Of a stretch of 37,128 nt of DNA, positions 36,458-37,128 are shown in pieces. The stretch is from contig JANRLW010000007.1 of NCBI GenBank assembly GCA_033762295.1, forward strand, positions 1-37,128, in the 5' to 3' direction. Position numbers and translations under genes: made by a program. Below the pieces are notes generated by a model. That model was not told the origin of the DNA, made no database searches, and saw nothing but the letters and a program-made list of their open reading frames with translations. The stretch is from Capsulimonadales bacterium (GTDB lineage: Bacteria; Armatimonadota; Armatimonadia; Armatimonadales; Armatimonadaceae). Position 1 is the first letter of the stretch. Every line of letters starts with the position of its first letter.

Positions 36458-37128
36458 GCTTGGTTCCCTAACGGACCGAAAAGCCGGGGAAGGAGCGGCG
36501 ACCGCCGCTCCTTCCCGAACACGGGACGGCAACGCTCCGGAACCGAAACCACGTCGGCAACGCCTCCTTCTCGGCGGGATAGCGGTCGCGGCGATCGGGC
36601 TTGCCGGCGCTCGACTGGTCCCCTACATCCCCGCCGTTCAGGAATGGCGTCTGGAACGCCGGTCGCTGGACGAACTTCTGAAAGAACGCGGCGATGTTTC
36701 CAATGATCCGCGCCTGCTGTATTTTCTGGGCCGACGGCTGAATGAGCAGGGGCGCTTCGTCGAGGCCGAGAGCAACCTTCGACGCGCCGTCGGACTCGAC
36801 CCCGAATCCGCCCGCCTTCGCGATGAATGGACCCGGGCGCAACTGGGCAGCGGACGGACCTCCGATGCGTTTAACCAGCTGCGTCAGTTTGTCGGCACCC
36901 ATCCCCGATCCGCACTGGCGCATCTCGCCCTCGGAAAGTTTTATTTCGCCCAGAACTCCATGCAGCGCGCCCGCGAGGAGTTTTCCGTCGCCGTTTCGCT
37001 GGACTCGAAACACGCCGAAGGCTGGGCCTACCTTTCCCAGGCGGCGACACAGCTCGAACTACCGAACGAACCCCTGGAAGCCGCCCGGAAAGCGGTCGCG
37101 CTGGCTCCGGACAACGCCGGGTATCGCC
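36450..37128 (+). CDS. Membrane-anchored TPR protein (runs off the window)
   Basis: Not in the ORF track. Frame open from ATG 36450: ..[66 protein letters not shown]. Confidence 0.8.
   Translation, partial: MTRLGSLTDRKAGEGAATAAPSRTRDGNAPEPKPRRQRLLLGGIAVAAIGLAGARLVPYIPAVQEWRLERRSLDELLKERGDVSNDPRLLYFLGRRLNEQGRFVEAESNLRRAVGLDPESARLRDEWTRAQLGSGRTSDAFNQLRQFVGTHPRSALAHLALGKFYFAQNSMQRAREEFSVAVSLDSKHAEGWAYLSQAATQLELPNEPLEAARKAVALAPDNAGYR

Noticed and set aside
83..36532. Many long antisense or alternate-frame ORFs (e.g. 83-1360, 19570-21006, 22573-24015, 33697-35100, 35534-36532)
   Set aside because: Typical high-GC shadow ORFs over well-supported genes, with no recognisable motifs

Overview
A GC-rich bacterial chromosomal window of about 34 CDSs, with no rRNA, tRNA, CRISPR array or mobile element seen. 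The DUF1559 prepilin-like genes carrying the [12 protein letters not shown] signature suggest Armatimonadota (inference). Gene order: DUF1800/DUF1501 pair; CN-hydrolase; cobalamin-riboswitch-controlled DUF1559 gene; scpA-scpB-dac-rluB-darA; acyl-CoA ligase/GNAT fusion; D-cysteine desulfhydrase; orphan alpha-E; TPR-GGDEF; a HEAT/metallophosphoesterase/methyltransferase/two GT-C run; a deoxysugar block (sugar isomerase, GH29 fucosidase, LarA, RhaEW-like); two tandem glutathione peroxidase homologues; and a LacI-DUF1559-TPR operon. The most notable signals are: (1) two intergenic ~80-nt units with matching extended -10, 5' motif, spacing and terminator, a candidate new sRNA family; (2) DUF1559 pilin-like genes under nutrient-uptake-type control (B12 riboswitch, LacI operators); (3) a secreted Cys-free GPx paralogue with the whole catalytic tetrad replaced, next to an intact copy; (4) further catalytic-residue swaps in the GNAT and metallophosphoesterase. 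All calls come from motif recognition by eye; no searches were run.
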